This document shows positions 31,992 through 42,216 of a stretch of DNA of 64,000 bases, in pieces; positions within the stretch are counted from its first letter, which is position 1; every line of letters begins with the position of its first letter. The stretch spans positions 1,280,001 through 1,344,000 of the forward strand of contig OY762007.1 in the NCBI GenBank assembly GCA_963665115.1. Direction: 5' to 3'. Both the position numbers and the translations under genes were made by a program. Source of the stretch: an uncultured Rivularia sp. Its GTDB lineage: Bacteria; Cyanobacteriota; Cyanobacteriia; Cyanobacteriales; Nostocaceae. The notes below the pieces were generated by a model that worked only from the letters and a program-made list of their open reading frames with translations, was not told the origin of the DNA and did not search any database.

Positions 31992-33972
31992 ATGCATAAC
32001 ATTTTATTGATGTCGAGCGACCCTCGCTCTGCATTTGAATCATTAAAAAAGAATCAGTCATCTAAACTAGCCGCTCGGTGTGGAGCTAGAGACGCGGATA
32101 TATTTTGGTTGCGTTTAGAACGTTACTTTGAGGATTTATATTATCCCTTAATGGATCTTTATGGGAATTGCGATGATGCAATAGAGCAATTTGGATTACT
32201 GTTTGACCAGATGGTTGATGCTTACGCAGTTAGACCCCGAACCATTGAGGCTTCTGGATTTAGAGAGACAATTTACCCAAAGATGGTTTCAAGAACCCAA
32301 CATGGTGGGCTACGTTTGTTATACTGAGCTGTTTGTAAGTAATATCGACAAGTTACGAGAAAAAATTAGCTACTTCCAAGAACTCGGTATTACTTATCTC
32401 CACTTGATGCCATTGCTGGAGCCTCGATCGGGAAAAAGTGATGGTGGCTACGCCGTGCAAGACTACCGCAAAGTTAACCCGGAATTGGGCACGATGTCAG
32501 ATTTACAACAGTTATCTGAAGAACTTCATGCCTGTGGTATCAGCCTGTGCTTAGATTTAGTGCTAAATCATACCGCAAAAGAACATGAATGGGCGCAACG
32601 GGCAATAGCTGGAGAAGAAGAGTATTTAGACTACTACTATACATATAGCGATCGCACTTTACCGGATATCTACGAGCCAGACTTACCAGAAATCTTTCCC
32701 GATGACGCACCGGGAAATTTCAGTTGGTATCCGAATATGGCAGATAATGGACGTTGGGTTTGGACAACCTTTAACGAATTCCAATGGGATCTTAACTACA
32801 CCAACCCTACGGTATTTCGAGAAATAGTTGACATCATGTTTTTCCTATCCAACCAAGGTGCCGATATCTTACGGTTAGATGCCGCACCGTTTATTTGGAA
32901 GCGTGAGGGAACCAACTGTCAAAATCAACCCGAAGTATTTCAAATTATCCAAGCGTTTCGAGCTGTAATGCGAGTTGTTGCTCCAGGGACAATTCTTAAA
33001 GCTGAAGCAATCGTACCTCCAGACGAACTACAGAAATATCTTGGTGTAAAAGCAACGGTTGAGAAACAATGTGAATTAGCATATAACAATCAGCTAATGG
33101 TGCTGCTGTGGAGTTCCTTAGCCACCCGCAAAGTCAATTTGATGACTCATGTATTTCATAGCTCGCCAAAAATCATGATTGGTTGCGCTCCCATCAACTA
33201 CATCCGCAACCACGATGATATTGGCTGGGCAATGACTGATGAAGCTCTGGAAACAGTTGGTGAGAACGGTTTTCTTCACCGACAATTCCTCAATGAATTC
33301 TACAGTGGCAACTTTGATGGTTCTTTCGCCAAAGGAAGTTTGTTTCAGTTCAATCCAGAAACCAAAGATGCTCGGATAACTGGTACCACAGCATCCCTAT
33401 GCGGTTTGGAAAAAGCCCTAACAACAGGATCGGAGCGTGAAATTGATTTAGCCGTGCGTCGTATTCTATTGGTGCATAGCATTATTTTTGGATTTGGTGG
33501 CATCCCAGTAATTCACATGGGAGATGAAATAGGTTTGTTCAACGATTACTCTTACATGAACGATCCAATCAAAGCCACAGATAACCGTTGGATGCATCGC
33601 CCGTCAATGGATTGGGAGAAAGCAGAATTACGAAATGATTCTACTACTATTGAAGGAAGAATTTTTCAAGGACTTCTTCATTTAATTAAAGCCCGCAAAT
33701 CCACCTCACTGCTTCACTGTTTTTCATACTTCACCCCAATGTGGAGTGGTAACGATAGTGTTTTAGCATACTGCCAAAAGCGTCCAGAAGGAAGCTTAAT
33801 GGTATTAGCCAACTTTAGCGAAACCGAAAAATCAGTTGATGCTAATTTACTAAAATATGCCGAGATGACAGGAAGCATTCGTAACTTACTAGTTTCTGGC
33901 GCTCCCCCAAATATTATTAACGGACGCATCCATCTGCAAACCTATGAAACTATGTGGTTAGTTGATAATTAA
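31992..33972 (+). CDS. Amylosucrase/sucrose hydrolase (GH13), frameshift at 32235-32238
   Basis: YLHLMPL, SDGGYAV, LNHT, RLDA, KAEAIV, RNHDDIGW; ORFs 31992-32327 and 32191-33972 join as AYAVRP-EPLRLLD if CCCC is CCC. Confidence 0.85.
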
Positions 33973-34110
33973 AACGGGCATATTGTATAGAAGAAAAATA
34001 ACTAATGTAGAGACGTAGCATTGCTACGTCTCCCAGTATTTTGATAGATAACGAGAATTCAGCGAAATCATAAAATACCTGTGTATTTCATAGCGAACAT
34101 AAAAACATAT

Positions 34111-34181
34111 CAGGGACTTACGCAGCGATACTGAGATCCCCCCAACCCCCCTTTTTAAACGGGGGCTTTGCGTAAGTCCTA
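34111..34181. mobile_element. MITE family C (GGACTTACGCA ends), short copy
   Basis: GGACTTACGCA / TGCGTAAGTCC TIRs; flanks CATAT / CATAC. Confidence 0.7.
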
Positions 34182-34246
34182 CATACAATAAAATTTAATT
34201 AGTGAGGTTTTAGGTGTATTGGAATCAACTGAAAAGCCCGAAAAAT

Positions 34247-34288
34247 AAAAACGCCTTATCCTTCGTATAGGGTGAAGGGATAAGGCGT
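34247..34288 (-). terminator. Strong hairpin, probable intrinsic terminator
   Basis: ACGCCTTATCCTTC...GAAGGGATAAGGCGT with T-run on minus strand. Confidence 0.6.
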
Positions 34289-34422
34289 AGTGCTAGGAAC
34301 AATCTGTAAAACTTTGAAATTGTTTCGATTATCTCAAAGTTACAAATATTTACTAAAATAAAAACTTAAGTATTTCCCACAGCTATAGACAAAACCTATC
34401 TAGTTGAAATTACTTATTCCTA

Positions 34423-34908
34423 TTAACAGCTTACCAACTCTCTTTGGGAAGAATTTTGAAATCTAAAAGTACTAGCAGCCCAGTCTTTCAAATCGGGTGC
34501 CAACCTAACCAACTTGCGTAAAATGTCTTCATTTACGAATAGCACCAAAGGAAACTTAAACTGTTTTCCAAATTCATCTCGCATCAAATTTGTAGAAATA
34601 ATCAGTTGATTAATTGCTTCTACAGACTCCAAACCCCTGACTACCAAAGCATCGGGTTGATTGGAACCAAGTACAGAAACTATATTTGTGTAAAGCGTTT
34701 CTGCCTTTGATGATAAAATCACCTTTCTGATATCCACCGTCGAAAACTCTTTGAGAACGCTGAGAATCTCTTCTTGCTTGTTCGCAGAATTGCAGCACGC
34801 TAATAGCAACGAAAACTCTCCATCGGAAAGCGCGATCGCCCTTGCCAATCTTTGAACAACCGCCGTATCATTTGTCGTACCATTCTGAGAATCAATCAAG
34901 CCTATCAT
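34423..34908 (-). CDS. Hypothetical protein resembling the N-terminal module of cyanobacterial ATPase-associated TPR/WD40 proteins
   Basis: LARAIALS.GEFSLLLACCN...ALVVRGLE...N..RDEF...F.FPLVL...APD...W pattern, recognised from memory. Confidence 0.6.
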   Translation of the reverse strand: MIGLIDSQNGTTNDTAVVQRLARAIALSDGEFSLLLACCNSANKQEEILSVLKEFSTVDIRKVILSSKAETLYTNIVSVLGSNQPDALVVRGLESVEAINQLIISTNLMRDEFGKQFKFPLVLFVNEDILRKLVRLAPDLKDWAASTFRFQNSSQRELVSC

Positions 34909-35129
34909 CAGTAATCCCAAGTTTCCTTTTAGTGAACTTATCCAAACCAGATATCCAATTTATCAGTACAATCACTCAACGAACTCATGCTTAAGAATGA
35001 TATGTACGAGTCAAATGAATTACTTTTTTACCCCAACTACTTAAGTATACTCAGAAGGTAATTATTGAGGATGTGGTGCCGCACCCCGCATTTTTAATTA
35101 CTAAGTATTAGGTGTCGGTAGAATTACGA

Positions 35130-35320
35130 TGAGAGATGGGGAGATGGGGAGATGGGGAGATAGGGGGATGGGGGAATGGGGAGATGGGGAGATGGGGAGA
35201 TAGGGGGATGGGGAGATAGGGAGAAAAAATGGTTAGTCGTTAGGGAGCAAGATGCTCCCACTCCTAACTATTCCCAATGCCCCATGCCCAATGCCCAATC
35301 CTCAATTCCCAATCCATGCA
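35130..35320. repeat. Octamer (GGGAGATG)n and heptamer (CCCAATG/CCCCATG)n tracts
   Basis: Direct tandem repeats flanking a GGGAGCAAGATGCTCCC hairpin. Confidence 0.85.
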
Positions 35321-35372
35321 ACATCCGAAGAGTTATCTAAGTCATCAAAGTTAGTTTTGTACTCAGTAAATT

Positions 35373-36725
35373 ATGAACAAATTTGTGAAGTGGTGTATTA
35401 AGCTGTCTTCGTTTAGTCAGCAGCGCAGACAAAAACCGGCGTTTCTGGCAGCGATTTTTACTCTTTCGCTCATGGCTGGGATAATGTTTTCTGTCCCCGC
35501 ACCGGCTCAAGTCATTATTAAAACTCGTCAGCAACCAGTTATTACAAATCAAAAGTTACCAACTGTTGCACCTCCTCGTCAATTACCAACTATTAAACCT
35601 CCTCAGCCGCAAACTGTTACGAATCGCGAGCAATCAACTGAGTTACGAGGAGTATGGTTAACTAATATTGATAGCGATGTTTTATTTTCAAGTAGAAATC
35701 TCACCAATGCTTTAACTCGTCTCAAACAATTAAATTTCAACGTTGTATATCCTGCGGTGTGGAATTGGGGTTATACTCTTTATCCCAGTAGAGTTGCGAG
35801 AAATGTTATTGGACGTAGCGTAGATCCAGAACCTGGGCTTCAAAGGCGCGATATGCTCAAAGAAGCCGTGAGTGAAGGACACGCAAGGGGTTTGAAGGTA
35901 ATTCCCTGGTTTGAATTCGGCTTTATGGCACCGGCAGATTCGCTATTAGCAAAACGTCGTCCTCAATGGCTTACTAGTAAAGTTGACGGTAGCAAAATTA
36001 AGAAAGAAGGTGTTCATAACAGAGTTTGGTTAAATCCTTTTAATCCCGAAGTGCAGGGATTTGTCAAAGATTTAATCGTGGAAATGGTACAAAATTACGA
36101 TATTGACGGGATTCAATTCGACGACCATTTTGGCTTACCATCGGAATATGGATACGATAATTACACCGTAGCTTTATACAAAAAAGAACATAACGGTAAA
36201 GCACCTCCTAGAGATAATAAAAACCCAGAATGGTTAAAATGGCGTGCAGATAAAATTACCGATTTTATGAAAGAGGTATTTTTTGCCATCAAAGCCGTCG
36301 ATCAAAACTGTATCGTTTCAGTAGCACCAAATCCCCAACGCTTTTCCTACGAATACTTTTTAGCAGATTGGAAAAGATGGGAACGGATGGGATTAATCGA
36401 AGATTTGATCATTCAAATTTATCGTAATGACATGAACGTATTCATCAAAGAATTGGAGTATCCCGAAGTCATCGCCGCTAAAAAGCATATTCCCACCAGT
36501 ATCGGCATAATTTCCGGCTTAAAAAACAAACACGTACCTGTAGAACAAATCAAAGCTCAAGTAAAACAAGTGCGCGATCGCAACTTTGCAGGAGTATCAT
36601 TCTTCTTCTACGAAACCCTATGGAACATGAGTAAAGAACCATCGCAACAGCGTCTAAGAGGCTTGCGAGGATTATTTTCCACACCAGCAAAGTATCCGAG
36701 TTTGTTAGCCGAGTCGAAGAGTTAG
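35373..36725 (+). CDS. Glycoside hydrolase-like 10 (DUF187/GHL10) exported protein
   Basis: ELRGVWL, IPWFEFG, WLNPFNPEV, YDIDGIQFDDHF motifs; signal peptide. Confidence 0.85.
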   Translation: MNKFVKWCIKLSSFSQQRRQKPAFLAAIFTLSLMAGIMFSVPAPAQVIIKTRQQPVITNQKLPTVAPPRQLPTIKPPQPQTVTNREQSTELRGVWLTNIDSDVLFSSRNLTNALTRLKQLNFNVVYPAVWNWGYTLYPSRVARNVIGRSVDPEPGLQRRDMLKEAVSEGHARGLKVIPWFEFGFMAPADSLLAKRRPQWLTSKVDGSKIKKEGVHNRVWLNPFNPEVQGFVKDLIVEMVQNYDIDGIQFDDHFGLPSEYGYDNYTVALYKKEHNGKAPPRDNKNPEWLKWRADKITDFMKEVFFAIKAVDQNCIVSVAPNPQRFSYEYFLADWKRWERMGLIEDLIIQIYRNDMNVFIKELEYPEVIAAKKHIPTSIGIISGLKNKHVPVEQIKAQVKQVRDRNFAGVSFFFYETLWNMSKEPSQQRLRGLRGLFSTPAKYPSLLAESKS

Positions 36726-36863
36726 AAGTTAGGAGTTGTTTAATTTTGGATTTTAGATTTTAGATTTTGGATTGAAGAAGTCAGGAATCGTGAGTTGGGA
36801 GTTGCGAATTAGAAGTTTCTAATTTTCTACCCCCTCTACCCTCTCTTCCCCCTCTACCCCCTC

Positions 36864-38351
36864 TCATTCACCCAATCCCCAACCTACCCGCCAAACCGGG
36901 GGACTCAAGGGTATCAAAATTGCAACCATCAAAAATAAAGCTACAAGTCCCAATACAGCGCGTGTATCATCGGGTTCGGTAATTTCGTTTAAGCTTGGAC
37001 GTTCTAAGTCTCTTTGTAAAAATAAAATTACAATCGCCCAATATAAAGCTAGAGAATTACCTAAACCTACTATTCCTAAAATTATTAAAGTTGCGAATGT
37101 AGTACGTCCGGCGATTTTACGTCCGTAAATTGCTTGTACAATTCTACCGCCATCTAGTTGTCCTGCTGGCATCAAATTCAAAGCTGTAACTACTAAACCT
37201 AACCAACCAATAATCACCAAAGGATTTACGTCAACTACTGATGACTGTAAAGCTTTACCAAGAACAATTCGCGCTAAGCTTCCGACTAAAATCGAACCTT
37301 GAAAAAACTCGTTTGGTAGTTGAAATAAACTTCCTTCACGGGAAAGCAGCAATCCCAGAATTAACATCAATAATGAAACAATCCCCCCGACTGCGGGACC
37401 AGCCAAGGAAATATCAAACAAAACTTTACGATTGGGAAGCAATGATTCAAAGCGGGTAATTGCACCGAAAGAACCAATTTCGACTGAAGGAATCAGGTAA
37501 GGTAAACTCAATTTGACTCCGTTACGGCGAGCAAGTACCTGATGTCCCGCTTCGTGAGCCAGCAAAACCGTGAAAAAGCCTGCTGCAATGGGCAAAGCTT
37601 CTTGAAACCTTGCTGGATTAGAAAAGAAATCGAAACTTAATAAAACTCCTCCCGCTTCTAAACTTGTGGCGATAGTTGCTAATAAAAGGATACCTGCAAA
37701 GGCTTTTTGCGCCGGACTCATCGAACGCGGGTCATTGCGGCTCGGTAAGACGATTATCGTAGGTCTACCTTCAGGGTTTTCGAGTAAAAATAGGCGATAT
37801 TTATCACCAACACGCTCGCGTAAACTCGCACTCAAACGGTTGAAAACGTCTTCCGGCTCACCTCTTAAATTACCTTTAAAAATAGCTCCTTCTTGATAAG
37901 CAATAGTTTCAGTCGCAAAATATGTATCGATACCGAAAATACTTCTAATAGTACTTAAATCTTCTTCAGGAATTGGCATTATTTCCGGTTGTGATGGCTG
38001 GTTTCCTGTTGATGGCTGAGTAGAATCTTGCGATGCTTCTTCAGCAATCCTTTCGGATGCTTTCTTCTTAATCATCTCCTCTTGTCCCATCGCCCGCAAC
38101 TGTCTGCCAATAGCTATATATAAACCAGCAAAGGCAATGGAAAGAAAGAGTATACCAGCAACATTGATATAAATTCCGGCAGCAAGTAAGCCAAAATATA
38201 ACAGCCAGGGAGTTATCAACACCACCGACTGAAGCCAAGCCAGGATGCCCAACTGACCAAAAGGCTTGGCGCGAACAAAGCCCCATCCCAAAATTCCGAA
38301 AGCAACCAATACAATCACAGCTATAATTGCTGATTCTGATGAATTTAACAT
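36864..38351 (-). CDS. Site-2 protease (M50, EGY-like)
   Basis: HEAGH, AGP, LNLMPAGQLDGG; G5 run at 36898-36902 puts the expected GLAGRLGIG* tail out of frame. Confidence 0.88.
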   Translation of the reverse strand: MLNSSESAIIAVIVLVAFGILGWGFVRAKPFGQLGILAWLQSVVLITPWLLYFGLLAAGIYINVAGILFLSIAFAGLYIAIGRQLRAMGQEEMIKKKASERIAEEASQDSTQPSTGNQPSQPEIMPIPEEDLSTIRSIFGIDTYFATETIAYQEGAIFKGNLRGEPEDVFNRLSASLRERVGDKYRLFLLENPEGRPTIIVLPSRNDPRSMSPAQKAFAGILLLATIATSLEAGGVLLSFDFFSNPARFQEALPIAAGFFTVLLAHEAGHQVLARRNGVKLSLPYLIPSVEIGSFGAITRFESLLPNRKVLFDISLAGPAVGGIVSLLMLILGLLLSREGSLFQLPNEFFQGSILVGSLARIVLGKALQSSVVDVNPLVIIGWLGLVVTALNLMPAGQLDGGRIVQAIYGRKIAGRTTFATLIILGIVGLGNSLALYWAIVILFLQRDLERPSLNEITEPDDTRAVLGLVALFLMVAILIPLSPPVWRVGWGLGE

Positions 38352-38795
38352 CTTTAAATTTAAACCTTCTGACTGTTATCCTACCGACTTCCACAATCGT
38401 TTGCGGTTGGAACGGATATTAATAATTTATAACGATGCTTGTCTGGGAAAAAATTTATATGCAGCGGATTGACTGTTTTTTTGTTTTGTAGTAGTATATC
38501 TTTATAATGGAAATATGTGCGCCTATATATAGGGTATTTGAGAAAAATCAAGCCTTGTAGAGACGCAAATTATAAAGATTTTGAATTATCGCATATAAAT
38601 TTGATTGCACTGTAATGGTGTCCTTGTTTTGGATTATGAACAGCACCTCCACCTATATGCGAACAATAGTTTAATTATTAAAGATTCTCGTTAAGCGTTT
38701 CTATCTGAAAGGTTTCGGGAGCATCTTTGCGGATTTAAATTTGTAGTGCGTTAGCGCAGCGTGTCTGTCAGGACAAGCATCTTGCTGGCGATTAA

Positions 38796-38976
38796 TAGAC
38801 ATCTCCGGAAAACATTTATATGGTTTCAACTTTTCGGTAAAACCTAACCCCTTACCCCCCTTCCCTACGAGGGAAGGGGGAAAATTAAGCCTCTCTCCCT
38901 GTGGGGGAGAGGTACTCTACGAGAAAACGCTTCGCGTTCATGGAGAGGGGTTTTTGTTTATTTCCGGAGATGTCTA
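38796..38976. mobile_element. MITE family A, inverted copy nested in SDR-like array
   Basis: Same TIRs and TA flanks as 3699-3901; lies within GCATCTTGCT(C/G)G repeats spanning 38743-39066. Confidence 0.85.
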
Positions 38977-39544
38977 ATACCTCTTGCTCGCGATTAGTGT
39001 ATCTTGCTGGCTATTATTGCATCTTGCTCGTTAATTACCACCAGGGAGCGAGACGCTCCCACTACGATATGTTTTTCAAAAATTGGGATACTTACAAAGG
39101 TTTCTCTATTATTTTGAATATTAATGAAAGTTTCGTTAATTTATTAAGTATCAGAAACAGCTAGCTTAAGCTTATAGTTTCGGTAATACGATAAAATCGG
39201 AATACCATATAAACCCTTGGAATTAAGAGCCAAATAGCAAATTATCATCTTCATTAAAAATACTTCTTTCCTCAGAATAAACATTAGAAAACTTTAAAAT
39301 ATAAATACAGTCAGCATAAGTATTTAAAGGTTTAGTGATGTAAATACTTCAATAATGGCTTAAAAATATAATTAACTATAAAATAATAGTCTATTTGGGT
39401 TGAAAATAAAATATCAATAATATTTTACAGAGATATCTTTATATGATTTTAAGTAATAGCGCGTATAAGAATCTTAGTTAAACTCAGTTAAAATTGTTTC
39501 AAAACAAGCTTTTAATAAATATTTGTATTAATTAGGATATCAAG

Positions 39545-39919
39545 GTGAAAATATCAAAAATAACGATAATTATCTTGGCATTAGGAGCAATTGTGTATAG
39601 CTCCAAAGCTAATGCCACAAATTCATCTTCAAATACACGAATTAAACCTGAATCTAACTTACAACTAGCTCAAGCCCAAAATGCGGCAAAATATTTTAAT
39701 AGCGGCATCAAACGCTTAGAGCAAGGGGATTATCAAGGAGCGATTGACGACTTTACCAAAGCAATAGAAATAAATCCCAAACTAGTCGGAGCCTATTACA
39801 ACCGCGCTATTGCTCGTCATCAGTTACAAAATTATCAAAGAGCGATCGCCGACTTTACCAAAGTCATACAAATTAATCCCAAGGATGCCAAAGCTTATAA
39901 AGAGCGTGGTTATGCATAG
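39545..39919 (+). pseudogene. Truncated secreted TPR protein
   Basis: Signal peptide KISKIT...KANA, two TPRs, stop within the third, no capping helix. Confidence 0.7.
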
Positions 39920-40202
39920 TTGGAAGTAGATAAATTTTGCGTACTTTAATCCGTACTTTAAAAAGAACAATTTTTGAATCTAAACCTTTTCTCCGATCGT
40001 AGGGGAGAGGTTTTACATTGAGAATGATGAAACGACTGTTAGACTAAACTTTATATCTTTAGATGAAATACAATCAATAAATATATTTTCACCTCAATCA
40101 TTAGATAATAATATCTATAAAATTACCAATTCAAGATAGTCAAAAGTTTACCTGATTAAGTTTGTGAACTTTTAATAACTCTTTTTATTTATTTTGATTG
40201 CA

Positions 40203-40322
40203 ATGATGCAAATATCAAAAATAACGGCTGCGGCATTAATATTAGGTTTAATTAGCTTCAGTCGCAAAGCTAATGCAACAGATTTACCTTCGACTATTGA
40301 ATTAAGTAGTGTATTTTTATAA
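40203..40322 (+). pseudogene. Signal-peptide-only remnant of TPR paralog
   Basis: MMQISKITAAALILGLISFSRKANATDLPSTIEL then unrelated sequence and stop. Confidence 0.75.
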
Positions 40323-40621
40323 TTGGGGTATTTGTGCCTATATATAGGGGTGTTTGAGAAAGAAAAAGTTCGTACCCTTGTCACAAGATAGCGTAGGTTA
40401 GGTTTCGTTCCTCCAAGCAACATTACCAACTTAAAACTTTATGTAAATTACAATCAAAAAGCATCTTAAAATACATACTCTTCATTGTATATATAAAAAT
40501 CAAATATATAATCAAACTTAATTAGGTAATAGCACGATTAAAATTTTGGTTAAACTCAGCAAACATTGTCTAATAAAAAACTTTGAATAACTAAATACTT
40601 TTCTTAAATAGAACTTTAAAA

Positions 40622-41650
40622 ATGCAAATATCACAAATAACGGCTGCGATATTCTTATTAGGAATAATTGCTTGTAGCCCCAAAGCTAATGCTACAGAAT
40701 TACCTTCAACTACCCAATTAACACCAGCATTTAGCTTAGAGCTAGCTCAAGTAAATATCAAAGATGCTTCAAAATACTTTAATCGTGGCGAAGAGCGCTT
40801 TGAGCAAAGAAATTATCAAGCAGCAATAGCTGATTTCACCCGTGGCATAGAAATTAATCCCAACGATGCCGAAGCCTACTACAAAAGGGGTGTTACGCTT
40901 TTTCGATTAAAAGATTATCAAGAAGCAATAGCCGACTTTACTAAAGCTATAGAAATTAATCCTAAATTAGCCCAAGCAGACTATAACCGCGATTTTGCCT
41001 CTTATCAATTACGAAATAATCAAGAAGCAATGGTTTTTTTCAGCATTAAATCTATCATAAAGTATCCAAAAAAAGCAAAAGACTACGAATCGCGAGGTGG
41101 TGTTTTTTTACTGTTACAACAATATAAAGAAGCAATAGCTGATTTGAAGAAAGGCATCAAAAAGAATCCAAACAATCCCGATACCTATTTCAATCGTGGT
41201 TTTGCCCATTTTCAGTTGAAAGATTATCAAGCAGCAATAGCTGATTTTACTAAAGTTATAGAAATTAATCCTAAAGATGCTGATGTCTATAGAAATAGAG
41301 GTAATGTCTATCTTCATTTAAAAGATTATCAAGCAGCGATGTCTGATTACAATATTGCCTTAGAAATCAATCCTAAATTACCTAAAATCTACTTCAAACG
41401 AGGTCTTATTCGTCTTAATCTCAAAGACTATCAAGCAGCAATAACTGATTTTACTAAAGCCATCGAAATTAATCCCAATTTTGCAGAAGGCTACTATAAT
41501 CGGGGTGTTACTCTTGTATCTTTAGGAGACAGACAACAAGGAATTGCAGATTTGGAAAAAGCTGTCTATCTATTTCAACAACAAGGTAGAAATGCTCAAG
41601 CCCAACAAGTATTTGAAATAATTGGATTGGTGAAAAATTGGTCAAGATAA
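40622..41650 (+). CDS. Secreted TPR repeat protein
   Basis: Signal peptide, about 8 TPRs (one degenerate), capping helix KAVYLFQQQG. Confidence 0.88.
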   Translation: MQISQITAAIFLLGIIACSPKANATELPSTTQLTPAFSLELAQVNIKDASKYFNRGEERFEQRNYQAAIADFTRGIEINPNDAEAYYKRGVTLFRLKDYQEAIADFTKAIEINPKLAQADYNRDFASYQLRNNQEAMVFFSIKSIIKYPKKAKDYESRGGVFLLLQQYKEAIADLKKGIKKNPNNPDTYFNRGFAHFQLKDYQAAIADFTKVIEINPKDADVYRNRGNVYLHLKDYQAAMSDYNIALEINPKLPKIYFKRGLIRLNLKDYQAAITDFTKAIEINPNFAEGYYNRGVTLVSLGDRQQGIADLEKAVYLFQQQGRNAQAQQVFEIIGLVKNWSR

Positions 41651-41711
41651 TAAATCTTTAGCTTGAAGATAAAATATCAACAATCTCTACATAGATATCT
41701 TCATATATTTT

Positions 41712-41855
41712 AGGGAATGCGAGGGGATTATCAAGGAGCAATCGCTGATTACAACAAAGCTGCTCAACTGTATCAACAACAAGTTAGACGAGCCGAAGCG
41801 CAAAAATGATTTAATATAATTGCGAAAGTTAAAAGTTAGTAAAATCCTAAGATAC
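41712..41855 (+). pseudogene. Collapsed TPR gene remnant
   Basis: GMRGDYQGAIADYNKA (matches 42390-42440) fused to AQLYQQQ...AEAQ and the 3' UTR TAAAATCCTAAGA (matches 43860-43957). Confidence 0.75.
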
Positions 41856-41916
41856 CCAGAAACATCAAATTTTTAATCAAAGCCTTTTCTCTTACTAAGA
41901 GGAGAGGTTTTATATT

Positions 41917-42041
41917 TAGGACTTACGCAACCGGCACATTTTTTTGTAGGGTGCTGTGACACTTTGACCAATATTGAACGTAGTAACAACGTTTTGGGTG
42001 TCACGCACCAACCGGGTAGTGTGACAATTGCGTAAGTCTTG
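41917..42041. mobile_element. MITE family C with 5-bp target duplication
   Basis: TAGGACTTACGCA / TGCGTAAGTCTTG; ATATT at 41912-41916 and 42042-42046. Confidence 0.85.
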
Positions 42042-42216
42042 ATATTGATAACGATAAAATATCAGCTAAACTTAACTTCATATAAATAGCACTCAAAAAA
42101 TATATTTTTACCTGAATTATTATTGAATAATATTTATAAAGTTTCAAATTTCAAATAGTCAAAGTTTTGCGAAAATCAATCTTTAATTAAACTGTTTATT
42201 TATCTTAGTTATTAGA

